Virus record (IMG/VR): IMGVR_UViG_3300050821_002957
Location: 124,001-188,000 of that record
Reading direction: 5' to 3' (one strand)
DNA: 64,000 bases
In this document: in pieces, positions 19,406 through 29,515 of the stretch
Layout of the letters: each line of letters opens with the position of its first letter
How positions within the stretch are numbered: the first letter of the stretch is position 1
Position numbers and translations under genes: made by a program
The notes under the pieces: model-generated
The model's database searches: none
Told to the model about the DNA's origin: nothing
The model's input: the letters and a program-made list of their open reading frames with translations, nothing else

Positions 19406-19782
19406 TAATTTCTCTTGTCCGACAAAGTGTGGCGTCCTCGAATTCTAACGTTCATTTTGCTCTCGATTTCATCTTCAATTTTGCCGACTAACTCTGTCAC
19501 TGTATCACGATCACAAGAAAAGGCAAATCCCACTTTACTGTGCGAGGGGCCGCAATTAAAAACAATTTCATATGTGTGAGATAGTTCATCCGTCTCAGGA
19601 TTTTTGTATGTCGAATAAAGAGTAATCGTATCAATAATCCCGCCAGCCATCTCCCACAAAATTTTAAGAAACACATTGGTGTCCCACTTTCCAGGATCGG
19701 TGAGAACAAAACAAATATCTCGACTGATCTTGGTGAGTGAACCGGCAGCAATAGGAACCTTGTTCAATCCAATGTATGTCAT
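19405..19782 (-). CDS. stand-alone ferredoxin-fold anticodon-binding (FDX-ACB) domain protein
   Basis: ISRDICFVL...IIDTITLYSTYKNPET..SHTYEIVF...VRIRG resembles the PheRS C-terminal domain. Confidence 0.6.
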   Translation of the reverse strand: MTYIGLNKVPIAAGSLTKISRDICFVLTDPGKWDTNVFLKILWEMAGGIIDTITLYSTYKNPETDELSHTYEIVFNCGPSHSKVGFAFSCDRDTVTELVGKIEDEIESKMNVRIRGRHTLSDKRN

Positions 19783-19830
19783 GTGATTCTCCTATGAAGG
19801 GAGCCTCCCAAAGGAAGACTCCCAATTCAT

Positions 19831-21693
19831 TTACTGCTCGATGGTGCCGAGAACGATTTCGACACGGCGGTTCAATGCACGCTCAGAAGGTGAATTCTGA
19901 TTTGCGTTCGGATGAAGAGGCTCTTCCTGACCATGAGCGTAGGTGCGAACGATGTTCTTCACACCCTTGTTCTTCAGGTATTGAGCAACCGAATCTGCAC
20001 GAGCCTGAGAAAGCGTAACGTTGGCATCGGCATTTCCGGTATTGTCGGTATGGCCGTGAGCAGCCACGGCGTACTTGGTCAATACGATGTCATCGGCGAG
20101 TTGATTCAACACACCGTAAGAAACCGGCAGAATCGTAGCGCTGCCAACCGAGAACTGAATGCTGTAGTTCTTACGGCCTTCAATGCTCGACATGGACTTC
20201 GTGGACTTCGTGACCACGACATCTTCGGCATTGTTTGTCGGCAGAACATTCTTCGCAGCAACCGCAGCCACATATTGCGTATCCAAAATTTCTGAAACCG
20301 CAGGATAAGTCGCCATGATGTTAGGATACTGCTGGACATCGATCTTACCGAAAGTGTTGTACGTGGCAGCAAAAAGATTCACGCCGCCGTTCAAACCGAA
20401 GGACTGCATCGCATCGGCAAGATTGGCAACAGAAGAACCACCGAGATGGACACGAACACCCAATGCATCCGGTTCAGTAACACCCTTGTAGTATCGAACC
20501 CAATAATCCGCCGACTCTTCGTTATAAAGAGCGTAAGCGACCTTGCCGTATTCGGTCAAAGCTGCCGGATTCACACGCATCTGATCGGCACCCTCGAAAG
20601 CTGCTGACAACATCTTTACGATGTCTTCTTTGTGAGCACGATCCCAGCGACGAAGGCCGATAAGCACACAAGGCATCTGGAATGCAGACTGTTGAGTGGT
20701 CATGATCGGCACGACTCCACCCTTCTTCTTCGCCACAGTCACGTCACCGGGCGTCCAGGTAACCACGGCATCGGCACATTTATGAATCTTGCCGCCACCG
20801 ATGCCCTTTACAGTGAAGTCAGCACAGGCCACGCCGTTTGCGAAGTCCGCTGCCGCATCAGTATACGATTTGGAATCAATCCAGTTCATCGCAGTCTTGT
20901 CGTAGGTGTTAGTGTCCGGGTTATTCGGAATGTTGCACTGACCCAACTTCTTCAGAGCGATATTCCAGTCGCCGTCACGAAGCACGCCAACGGTCACACC
21001 GCCACGCATTGCTTCACAGTTGTTCTTCCACTCTGCCGGTCCCCAGAAACCATCCTCACCACGGCTGTAACCGATAGTAGCGATAACTTCTGCAATCATG
21101 TCGGGTGCGATCTTCGCCAACTTCGGATTGATCGTCGCAAAGAAAGCCGGATCGCCATCACCCATGTCCGTAATGAACTTCACACCGCTGGCATTCGGGT
21201 CACTTGCAAGACGCTGCGCTGTATCCAACAGATCAGCTTGCATCTGATTGGTGTCATCCTGACGAGTGATACGAACGTTGACGCCATACTTCTCCATCAA
21301 CGATCCTTTGCTGGTCTGAATGAACTTGGATTTACCGCTCTGCCCAACAGAGCTACCAACAGCATAGTCCAGACCGCCGTTCGCATTCCAGGCCCATTGC
21401 TCGATCTCATGAACGGGGCCTGCAATGCAATTACGAATGTTGCCGTCCATGCATGGCTGAACTGCCGTCGAAGTCGGAAGCGGAGCCGCCTTCACGTTGC
21501 CGGGGTTGGTTTCGAGCACATTCGCAGTGATCTCTTCGGCCTTGACCGGGATGTAAGCCTTCAGTGCGTTCGGGCGAGGGATGAGTCCAGTGTAGACGGC
21601 ATGACGATAGCCGAATACCAGACCACCAACCACAAGCAAGAACAAAATCAGTTTCGGTAGCGGTTTCATTTTCATATGTTTGTTCCTTTTCAA
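19831..21693 (-). CDS. ABC substrate-binding protein fused to a C-terminal OmpA domain
   Basis: N-terminal TM anchor, YSRGEDG motif, C-terminal GHTDNTG..N..LSQARA..NRRVEI. Confidence 0.9.
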   Translation of the reverse strand: MKRNKHMKMKPLPKLILFLLVVGGLVFGYRHAVYTGLIPRPNALKAYIPVKAEEITANVLETNPGNVKAAPLPTSTAVQPCMDGNIRNCIAGPVHEIEQWAWNANGGLDYAVGSSVGQSGKSKFIQTSKGSLMEKYGVNVRITRQDDTNQMQADLLDTAQRLASDPNASGVKFITDMGDGDPAFFATINPKLAKIAPDMIAEVIATIGYSRGEDGFWGPAEWKNNCEAMRGGVTVGVLRDGDWNIALKKLGQCNIPNNPDTNTYDKTAMNWIDSKSYTDAAADFANGVACADFTVKGIGGGKIHKCADAVVTWTPGDVTVAKKKGGVVPIMTTQQSAFQMPCVLIGLRRWDRAHKEDIVKMLSAAFEGADQMRVNPAALTEYGKVAYALYNEESADYWVRYYKGVTEPDALGVRVHLGGSSVANLADAMQSFGLNGGVNLFAATYNTFGKIDVQQYPNIMATYPAVSEILDTQYVAAVAAKNVLPTNNAEDVVVTKSTKSMSSIEGRKNYSIQFSVGSATILPVSYGVLNQLADDIVLTKYAVAAHGHTDNTGNADANVTLSQARADSVAQYLKNKGVKNIVRTYAHGQEEPLHPNANQNSPSERALNRRVEIVLGTIEQ

Positions 21694-21708
21694 ATTGATT
21701 CGACGAAT

Positions 21709-22797
21709 TTACTTTTTCTTAAACAGATCGCCGTATTCGTCACCGGAAGTCTGTTGCTGTGCAGGCACGTACATCGGTTTGCCACTCGTCATGCTCATCG
21801 TCAAAGCCGCAGGCGTAGCTTCGATCTGACGAGTAGCGTCGGAAATGATGTTTGCCTTGCTTACCTGATTGCCGTTGCCGCCTAACTGTACACCGGCATT
21901 CTTATTCTGCCATGCGTCCAACATCTGCATAGCCTTCTCAGTATCCACGCCGTCCTGTAGATCGGACTGCTTGAGAATGTCTTTCGTCACGTCGAGGAAG
22001 TTTTCGACTTCACCCATCGCAGCGGTATAGTCTTGTTCCAATTTGACAGTGGCTTCATCCCACATGTCTTTTTCAGGAAGACCCTTGAGAATCGCCATTG
22101 CACCACGAACCACGCCACGGTCGGCCTTGGCTTCTTCACGCTCTTCTTCACGGAACTTGATTTCGTTGCCCATGTCGATGATCGTGTCGCTGCACAGATG
22201 ATAGTAGCGATCCATGATAGTGATCAACAAAGTCAGGCGCTTCATTTCTTCGATGTAGCGAGCCTTCTTCGCTTCCAGGCGGGTGACCTGTTTCTTGTTG
22301 ATGTTCATCCCGCTTTGATCGTTGTTTTTCACGGCCTGATTCAAAAGACCGTAAGTATTTTCCAGTTCTGCATCATTGGCTTGCTGACGACGTTGAACCT
22401 TGACACGCTGCCCTTTCAGAGCATCGAGAGATTCCTTCATCTCATTCAGCTTGCCTTCCATGCGTTCCTTGTAAGTCTTCAGGATACCGATAGGGTCGAT
22501 GCTAATGAATTGACTGGTAAGCCAGCGCATCATCGAGCGATACAAGTAGAAGACCATATTTCGCAGTTGCCCATCGACGACAAGCCAGCCGAGCAGCGCA
22601 ATACCGATGCCAACCACAAAAAGATGGAAAATGTTGTCCACTGCATTGACCATGTAATCGCCAATGGAGCTTCCGAAAAAGTAAAGAATCAATGCGACCG
22701 CTGCGACTGGAATACCGTAGCTAAAAGCCTTGGTTAAACCATCTCCCGGTCGAGTTCCTTTAGTTACTGTTGAAAGTGTGTTAAGTTCGCCTGCCAT
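21709..22797 (-). CDS. membrane-anchored coiled-coil protein (PspA-like)
   Basis: Two N-terminal TM segments, DPIGIL motif, long coiled coil. Confidence 0.65.
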   Translation of the reverse strand: MAGELNTLSTVTKGTRPGDGLTKAFSYGIPVAAVALILYFFGSSIGDYMVNAVDNIFHLFVVGIGIALLGWLVVDGQLRNMVFYLYRSMMRWLTSQFISIDPIGILKTYKERMEGKLNEMKESLDALKGQRVKVQRRQQANDAELENTYGLLNQAVKNNDQSGMNINKKQVTRLEAKKARYIEEMKRLTLLITIMDRYYHLCSDTIIDMGNEIKFREEEREEAKADRGVVRGAMAILKGLPEKDMWDEATVKLEQDYTAAMGEVENFLDVTKDILKQSDLQDGVDTEKAMQMLDAWQNKNAGVQLGGNGNQVSKANIISDATRQIEATPAALTMSMTSGKPMYVPAQQQTSGDEYGDLFKKK

Positions 22798-22836
22798 ATT
22801 GTTCCTTTGTTGTTGTTCCTTTCGATTCGATGCTGA

Positions 22837-23520
22837 CTACTTCGCCGTCGATGCAGAGGAAGGCATCGGGGAGTAAATCTTCAGCTTGTTCAGCGAATCG
22901 TTGATTTCGGCAGTGACTTGCTGAGTTGCCGTGTCGAGACTGGTTTGCATGACACCGATCTCTGCACGCTGTTCGATCACTTGCGTAGAGAGTTGATCAC
23001 GCTGCTTGGAAAGTTCTTCGATCTGATTATTGATGCCAGTGATCGAATTTTCACGAGTGGTCACTTCTTTTTCGGTCTGGGCCTTGATTGCGCCAATGAT
23101 CTTACCGTGTTCTAATTCGATGACATTGAGCATCGCATTGAACGCTTCGGCCAATTGCGCCTGAGTAATGTTCTGTGTCTTCGCCAATGTCTTCAGGGCC
23201 GCACGAAAACGACCACCTTCGTCCTTGATGGCGTCTTCAAGAGACTCAGCAATCGTCAGAAACGACTGAATTGTAACTGCATTTGGCGACAATGCCAATT
23301 TCGCACGGAACTTGGTCACAAAGTCAGTGACTCGGCCAGGATCGACCGCTCCGTTCAAAATCGGAGTTGAAGTTGTCGGTGCATTTCCACGAATCGACTG
23401 AGAAATCGAAGACGAAGGTGCAGCGGCAACAGGTGTTTCGGTTTTCTCGGCATCGGCAGCAGAATGATCAAATAATGCATCACCAAGCGCCGACCCAATA
23501 GAGCTAATGTTAAATTTCAT
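22837..23520 (-). CDS. coiled-coil protein of the ABC/OmpA operon
   Basis: 227-aa ORF, first gene of the operon. Confidence 0.65.
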   Translation of the reverse strand: MKFNISSIGSALGDALFDHSAADAEKTETPVAAAPSSSISQSIRGNAPTTSTPILNGAVDPGRVTDFVTKFRAKLALSPNAVTIQSFLTIAESLEDAIKDEGGRFRAALKTLAKTQNITQAQLAEAFNAMLNVIELEHGKIIGAIKAQTEKEVTTRENSITGINNQIEELSKQRDQLSTQVIEQRAEIGVMQTSLDTATQQVTAEINDSLNKLKIYSPMPSSASTAK

Positions 23521-24006
23521 ACGGGTCCTTTCAATCTACTCACAAATTTTCTACAACGTCAAGTATTTCGTACATTAACGTTTTACAACTTGAACACCAA
23601 TCTCAACGCTGACTTGCCGGTTTCTTGCATCGACACTAATTCCTCAGCAATGAGTTCTTGCTTTTGCTTGGCCGTCAACGAGGAGTCATCGTACAGACTA
23701 ACTATTCGCTTCAGATACTCGTCCATTCGTGTCAACTGCACTCTGAACGCTATCTGTTCCGGCGTCGGTTTTGATGGTTTCTTTGTCATTCCGTCTGCGT
23801 ATCTCTGCCCACAATTGCTGCACAAGAAAATGTTCGGGACCTAATGACTTTTCAAGTTCATATGATCACCAACCAACTTCTCAAGCGGCTGTTCATGGAG
23901 AGGAATGTTTAGATCATTCATCTTGACATTCTTTCCTTTCATTTACTCAGGTGTTTGACCTAATTCATACATCAAACCTAACATGACAATACCTGCCTGT
24001 CAAGAA

Positions 24007-24372
24007 CTAGATGCACCTTTGTGTGTTCTTTTCTTTGGCACTCACTTTTAACACTGACTCACGACTAATACGAATAGGATTAGGACACTTCGCTCCGGGC
24101 ACATCAGGACAGTTATGTGCTATGCGGTCACCAAACTCTTCTTCTAACTCTGCCTGTCGTTCAAGTAAAATAGTCAAGTTGTAAATGTGTCCTTCGATAC
24201 CTTTGAGAGTGACAAACCACTGATTAACTTTCATCCTAACTTGATGGCGCTCCACATTCTTTACGATAGCAATACCACCGCAGACATCACGTTCACCCTG
24301 TTCAATGTACCAACTAGAGTCTATGTACAGTTCGTCTCCTGGTCTAACTTCTGACGGATTTTTCTTCGACAT
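24007..24372 (-). CDS. hypothetical protein
   Basis: 121-aa ORF. Confidence 0.5.
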   Translation of the reverse strand: MSKKNPSEVRPGDELYIDSSWYIEQGERDVCGGIAIVKNVERHQVRMKVNQWFVTLKGIEGHIYNLTILLERQAELEEEFGDRIAHNCPDVPGAKCPNPIRISRESVLKVSAKEKNTQRCI

Positions 24373-24688
24373 TCTTCATCTACCTCCCAATTATCGGCGT
24401 GGTTTTCACAACAAAATAATCGATACCGGCGCACAGGATCAAATAATTGTTTTACGTAATCATCCAACAAAACAATGGCTACGGTGCTGTCCTTAAGACA
24501 AAAAAATTCATGACAATAATCACACTCAGCCTGTGACGACCAATCGCCAGGAAGACGCAATGGAGGATCAAGACGTTCACCCGCCAACATCCGAATGACA
24601 ATCTCACCGTGTTCTTTCACACGCTTCGGACGATGTTTTTGATGAACGCCTCGACTTCCACCAGTCTGTAATGAAGTACGCTTATACA

Positions 24689-25297
24689 TTACGTCGCTAT
24701 CATCACCTGATCCGGCTGCACGACCGTCGCCGACAATGCTTCGATGGCAATGCGAGCTTCGTATTCTTGAATGTATTCGAGATGAACTTTTTCGATTTTC
24801 GCCACAACCTTTTTCGGAAGGTCGGCTTTCACAGCAACCTTGACGACTGCCGGGGTTCCCTTTACCGGGCATCCTTCAGTCTCACCACCGCAGGCGCAGG
24901 ACTTTGCATGGACACCTTTTTTGATGGCTGTTTTGAGGATACTGGCGTAGACGAGTTTCTTGGCTTTTTCAGGAGGGATGTTTTCGTTTTCTTTCCACTC
25001 GTAAGAGCGACGAACACCGATGTTAAGATTCTTGATGGGATTGTTCTGCTTACGTTTGTCTTTTTTCTTTGGTTGAGGATTTGCTTCCATCAAAGATCCG
25101 GCCAGAATTGTAATCGGCTCCAAGATGCCCTGATATTGTCGGTAGAGATTGGTAATCGTCTCTACTTCCGCCGCATACTCAATCTGCAACGTGGCAATCT
25201 GCGTCTTCAATATTTCGACACGATCCCCTGAACGGCGAAGCAAATCTATTACTGTGGCTTCATCGGTTTTTTCACCGAGGTTTAAATTTTCAATCAT
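24689..25297 (-). CDS. hypothetical protein
   Basis: 202-aa ORF with SD ggaagg and its own TTGACA promoter. Confidence 0.6.
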   Translation of the reverse strand: MIENLNLGEKTDEATVIDLLRRSGDRVEILKTQIATLQIEYAAEVETITNLYRQYQGILEPITILAGSLMEANPQPKKKDKRKQNNPIKNLNIGVRRSYEWKENENIPPEKAKKLVYASILKTAIKKGVHAKSCACGGETEGCPVKGTPAVVKVAVKADLPKKVVAKIEKVHLEYIQEYEARIAIEALSATVVQPDQVMIAT

Positions 25298-25662
25298 AGT
25301 TGTTCCTTCCGGTCTCGATAGACCTTTCCTGAACCATCATAAAACATCTACATCTACTTTGTCAAGCAGATACATCAAGTGCTAGATAGCAATATGGTTT
25401 GTCTCTTTGATCGTTTCCTCACCGAAGAACTCTCGGTGCCATCAGATGCTATTCTCAGCTTTTACGCCCATCCTCGAATTCAAGTCCAAGTATACGATGA
25501 TTCGCCCTGTTATACGGCACTTTTCTACGTGGACGGCAAACCGACACTCAAAGAAAATCTAATCGACGGACTCTCAAAATTTTTTGAACGAACAATCATC
25601 GACGCAAATTTTCACGCCTTCCTAATTGAAATTGTCTCATAAAACGCTGTCTAAATGGATGC

Positions 25663-26271
25663 ATGAAGACACCAGAAGTTCTCTACCACTATACCACCGG
25701 CAACATTTTCCGCAAGATCCTTCATCAAGGTGCAATCGAACCAGATCGTACCGAACCAAAAAATGAAAATGAAGTTCCGACCGTCACTTTTTCGAGCAAT
25801 CCTGTTTGGGAGCGCACTCGTTTTCGTGTTGGTAAACTGCCTGACGGCCAATTGATCATGATGAGTCAGCAGCTTTTGAAAGAATTTGATGGCGGTGTAT
25901 TTCGTATTTTGGTGCCTGGAGAGCTTGCTCCGCTTACTTGGCACGACATGAAAGACACCTGCGGCATCAGTAAAGAAGCCATGAAAGGCATCTACGATTT
26001 TGCACTTCAGGTTGGCGCAAAAACCTCTCAATGGTTTGCCACGACCGAACGAGTACCTGAAGATGTATGGATCAATGTCGAAAAATTGAATGACACTGGG
26101 GAATGGGTCGAACTGGCTGAAGATGAAATTCCTGAACCATCTGCCGAAGAATCTGGTAACATGGGATTCAATACTTCCAGTCCCATAGAAATTGGAAACA
26201 AAGAAGAATTGGTTCCTGTGACCGATGAAAATGTTCTTCGTGAAGCCGGATCATTGGTCTCCGCAGAATAA
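25663..26271 (+). CDS. hypothetical protein (LYHYTT motif, possibly ADP-ribosyltransferase-like)
   Basis: LYHYTT...I..G.I and VTFSSNP motifs. Confidence 0.5.
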   Translation: MKTPEVLYHYTTGNIFRKILHQGAIEPDRTEPKNENEVPTVTFSSNPVWERTRFRVGKLPDGQLIMMSQQLLKEFDGGVFRILVPGELAPLTWHDMKDTCGISKEAMKGIYDFALQVGAKTSQWFATTERVPEDVWINVEKLNDTGEWVELAEDEIPEPSAEESGNMGFNTSSPIEIGNKEELVPVTDENVLREAGSLVSAE

Positions 26272-26418
26272 AATTTTCCGCAGAAAGATTCTGAAGAACT
26301 TAAAGTTTCTGGAGAATTTCTTTCGCTTCACTGGAGATTGTAGCGAATTTTTCAGGAATGTCAAGTAGGTCAACTTTTCTCTTGGAAATATTACCGAGTC
26401 TGTGATAGTATTCTGCCC

Positions 26419-26883
26419 ATGAGCGAAAGACCGCTACCAGGAAAACCACAACCAAGAGAACGCAGACCGTTGGCGGAACCGGAATGGGATGGAAATGCTT
26501 GCCTCTTTATTACGGCACATGCAGCCCGTCGTATGGAGGAACGTTTTGGTCTCACCCGGCTTCGGACTACACCGTTTGAAATTCAGACGATGTATTGTGA
26601 AGCAACCGACATTGACCGGCCTGTCTGGGCACTTCGGATCAGCAATGGAAAATCAAATGGATGGATTCTTGGCAGATGGGAACTCGCCGAACCCGTTCTG
26701 GCCCGAGGAATCTACAAATATTGGTTTGTCGGCACCACAGTTATCAACGACAAACAGTTCAATTATTCCCGGCTAGAGGTTCGTAAGACCATCAGAATCA
26801 ACGTCAAACGAATCATCAACGAATCTTCACGAATACGTCCAAAAAGTGAAGATACATCTATTGACATTTACGACCAACTCTGA
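26419..26883 (+). CDS. hypothetical protein
   Basis: ITAHAARRMEERF motif reminiscent of RelE/Barnase-like RNase folds. Confidence 0.5.
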   Translation: MSERPLPGKPQPRERRPLAEPEWDGNACLFITAHAARRMEERFGLTRLRTTPFEIQTMYCEATDIDRPVWALRISNGKSNGWILGRWELAEPVLARGIYKYWFVGTTVINDKQFNYSRLEVRKTIRINVKRIINESSRIRPKSEDTSIDIYDQL

Positions 26884-26889
26884 TACGAT
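26850..26889 (+). promoter_or_regulatory. sigma70-type promoter with upstream AGATACATCT palindrome
   Basis: TTGACA-N17-TACGAT-N6-ATG. Confidence 0.75.
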
Positions 26890-26895
26890 TGGTTC

Positions 26896-27177
26896 ATGGT
26901 TCCAAAGACGATAAAGCAAATTCAGGACGATGTGTCCCGGATTCATTTTATGACACGAGATTTTGCGATCCATGTTCGTAAGTTGAAACTGGCTCACAAG
27001 AATCGTGTCGTCGAGCAACAGCGTATGTCGGATGAAGGCGTGCCCGGAAGTCAGGAGCCTTTCAATGTGCCAGCGTTTGCTTTGGAATATCAAGCTGACG
27101 CACTTATTGATCTCGCCAACCAAATCAAGGAATCGGCCAAGTTCTTACGAAATACGCCGGTAGATGAATGGAAATGA
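26896..27177 (+). CDS. hypothetical early protein
   Basis: ORF starting 6 nt after a -10 box. Confidence 0.6.
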   Translation: MVPKTIKQIQDDVSRIHFMTRDFAIHVRKLKLAHKNRVVEQQRMSDEGVPGSQEPFNVPAFALEYQADALIDLANQIKESAKFLRNTPVDEWK

Positions 27178-27952
27178 ACCAATACGAAAAGATGGTCAAG
27201 GCAAAAGAGTTACTCATCGAGGCTCGCAAACTTTGGTTCGAGGCAGCTTGTGGAAATTTTAATCCTCCAATCGAAAAGCACAATGCGATGGCCGGTCACT
27301 CATTACAGGATGAAGGTGTGCGTCCAATGATCGACACGCTGATCCTCATGGCGGAAAACGAACTCGTCCATTACGTAAAGGAATCCTAATGCCACAGTCG
27401 CAAGCCAGCACCGCCGATCAACTTGAAAAACTGAAGGTTCTCGTCGCCGATCAGGAATATGATCTCGACAATCTTGGTCCACATGATCTTCGGGCCATTG
27501 TGAAGATTGCGAATTTCAACGGTTTGTACGATGCCGCTGACTTCGTAAGAAATCAGGCCGGAAAATAAAAAATCACATTGGAGTGGAAATGAATCCTGAA
27601 CACTACCCGACTTGGGCCGCACTATCTTATGAATTTTGGGCGTTTGCCTCGATTCATCCTTTTGAGGCGACCGTTTTCGTATTGGCTACATTGACTGTTA
27701 TTGGTTGGTGGGTCCGAAAAGACTAACGAAGAATGACAGATTGAAAACCTGTGGTACGATGTGTCATGACTTTTGATCCGCACGATTTCAAACCCACGAC
27801 GCTTGGACTTTGCGAGATTTGCGCCGAGCACAAGTACCATCCTTCGCACCATGAATTTATTCTACATCCCACGTATAGAGGACCCGGCTGCGCTCATTGT
27901 GGAAAGCCGGAAAAAGGTCACAAACCAGCCTCAAAAAAAGTTGAAAAAAATT

Positions 27953-27992
27953 AGATACATCTATTGACATCAACCCAGTTGTTTGGTATTCT
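27953..27992 (+). promoter_or_regulatory. sigma70-type promoter with AGATACATCT palindrome
   Basis: TTGACA-N17-TATTCT-N6-ATG. Confidence 0.75.
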
Positions 27993-27998
27993 TGATTC

Positions 27999-28591
27999 AT
28001 GAGCACAACGACCAAGACGACCAAAAAGACTGCGGTAAAGAAGACGGTTTCCAGGGCGAAAACGACCTTGGTGATGAACCGGGACAAAAAGGCCAAGCCG
28101 GTAACAACAGCCAAGAAGAATGCACTGACGGCTCGCTCGCCTTTTGCTCCGAAAGTTTCCAAGCCTCGTGTGTTTGTTCCGGTGAATCAGCTTGGTGTTG
28201 TCGATCAGATCACCAATGCGTTTGCCCGTCACAACATGTTCGCTACGGTTTTGGGGGTCCTCATCGGCAGTTTCGTTCCGGTTGCGGTTTGCCGGCGCAT
28301 TATGGTGTTCAGGTTCATCCGGCTCTATGGGTTCTGGTGTTGGGCGGTCTGGTCTACTCAGCGCTGACAGTTTTCAAGTGGGGTGTTGCTGCGTTTTCGT
28401 CGCCGGTCAAGAGCGTCGGCTTTGTGCTGCTGCTGGAAGGTACGTTGACGTTCAGTAATGAACACGCTTTGGCTTTGGGTGCTTTAGCAATTCTGGCATT
28501 CATCAACGCAGTAGCGACGGCTTGCAACTTGATCGCTCAGAAGAAAGAAGCGAAGCAGGAAGCAATTGCAGCAAAGAAAGCAGGAAAGTAA
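27999..28591 (+). pseudogene. frameshifted membrane protein with Lys/Thr-rich N-terminus
   Basis: Protein-like N-half in frame 27999 and hydrophobic C-half in frame 27983 join near 28290. Confidence 0.55.
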
Positions 28592-28967
28592 ATGTTATCA
28601 CCTATAACTAAAGCTGATCTAGAGAAATTTTTGCAGGAGAATAGTCATCTTCCTGGTGACACTCCCATTTACATCATTTACGGTCTCGGCCCTGCCAAGA
28701 TGGACCAGATGTATGTTGATGATGAGATGTGTGAAGAAGTGGCAATCTTTTTCCAGTAAAGGAATGGGAACATGATCGAACTTTCAGTAATATTGTCGTG
28801 CGGCCACGTTGCTGTCGTAGAGTCGCCGGTTCCCTTTGATATTTTGGATCGGATGGGATTTGCATCGGCATCATGTCCTCAGGGATGTGGTTATCGAATG
28901 ATCATCAAGGAAAATAAAGACACATCTTCTATTGACAAACCGAAGAAGGTGGGATAGGCTAAGAACA

Positions 28968-29309
28968 ATGACGATTCAACAGAATGGTGGTTTCAAATCG
29001 AGTGGAGAAGGGCCGAAGGAAGTGCGCCCACCGGAGCCAGTCAGCTTTATTGTAAAGTTTACATACTGGCCATCGATGACCAAGGATTGCAGTCCTTCGG
29101 ATAGTAAGATCATCGTTCAGGCAATGAGCTACGACGAGGCTGTAGAGAACTCCAAGAAAGAACTCAAGGCTAAGAAAATGTGGCGGCAGGTTATCGCTAT
29201 TCACTCGGTGAGTTTTGTTTGTGATGGTTGGGGTCGAGCGATCAAGCCGACAAGTTCCAATCGAGGGAAACTTCAATTCGAGGAAAGTGTCGCTGAATAT
29301 CTACTATGA
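28968..29309 (+). CDS. hypothetical protein
   Basis: ORF after a TTGACA-N17-TAGGCT promoter. Confidence 0.55.
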   Translation: MTIQQNGGFKSSGEGPKEVRPPEPVSFIVKFTYWPSMTKDCSPSDSKIIVQAMSYDEAVENSKKELKAKKMWRQVIAIHSVSFVCDGWGRAIKPTSSNRGKLQFEESVAEYLL

Positions 29310-29515
29310 CCCAACAAGAGGTCGTCGAAAAAATTGTTCAGTTGAGAGAGGAACGGTGTGATTGTGTTTTGTCCGTCCGTATGCCCTCAACTTGTCGCCG
29401 ATGTTGGGATCTGATGTTTTACACGGAATTATTGAGAGATTGGAAAGAAAACGAAGAATTGACTTGGCCGGAACTAACCGTCACTTGTCGTGAAGAAAAG
29501 ATGGAGGATTAAAAA

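Noticed and set aside
20632-21660. Long antisense ORFs (also 13263-14000, 22033-22737, 34493-35416, 52641-53633)
   Set aside because: They are shadows of well-supported genes on the opposite strand and carry no recognisable motifs.
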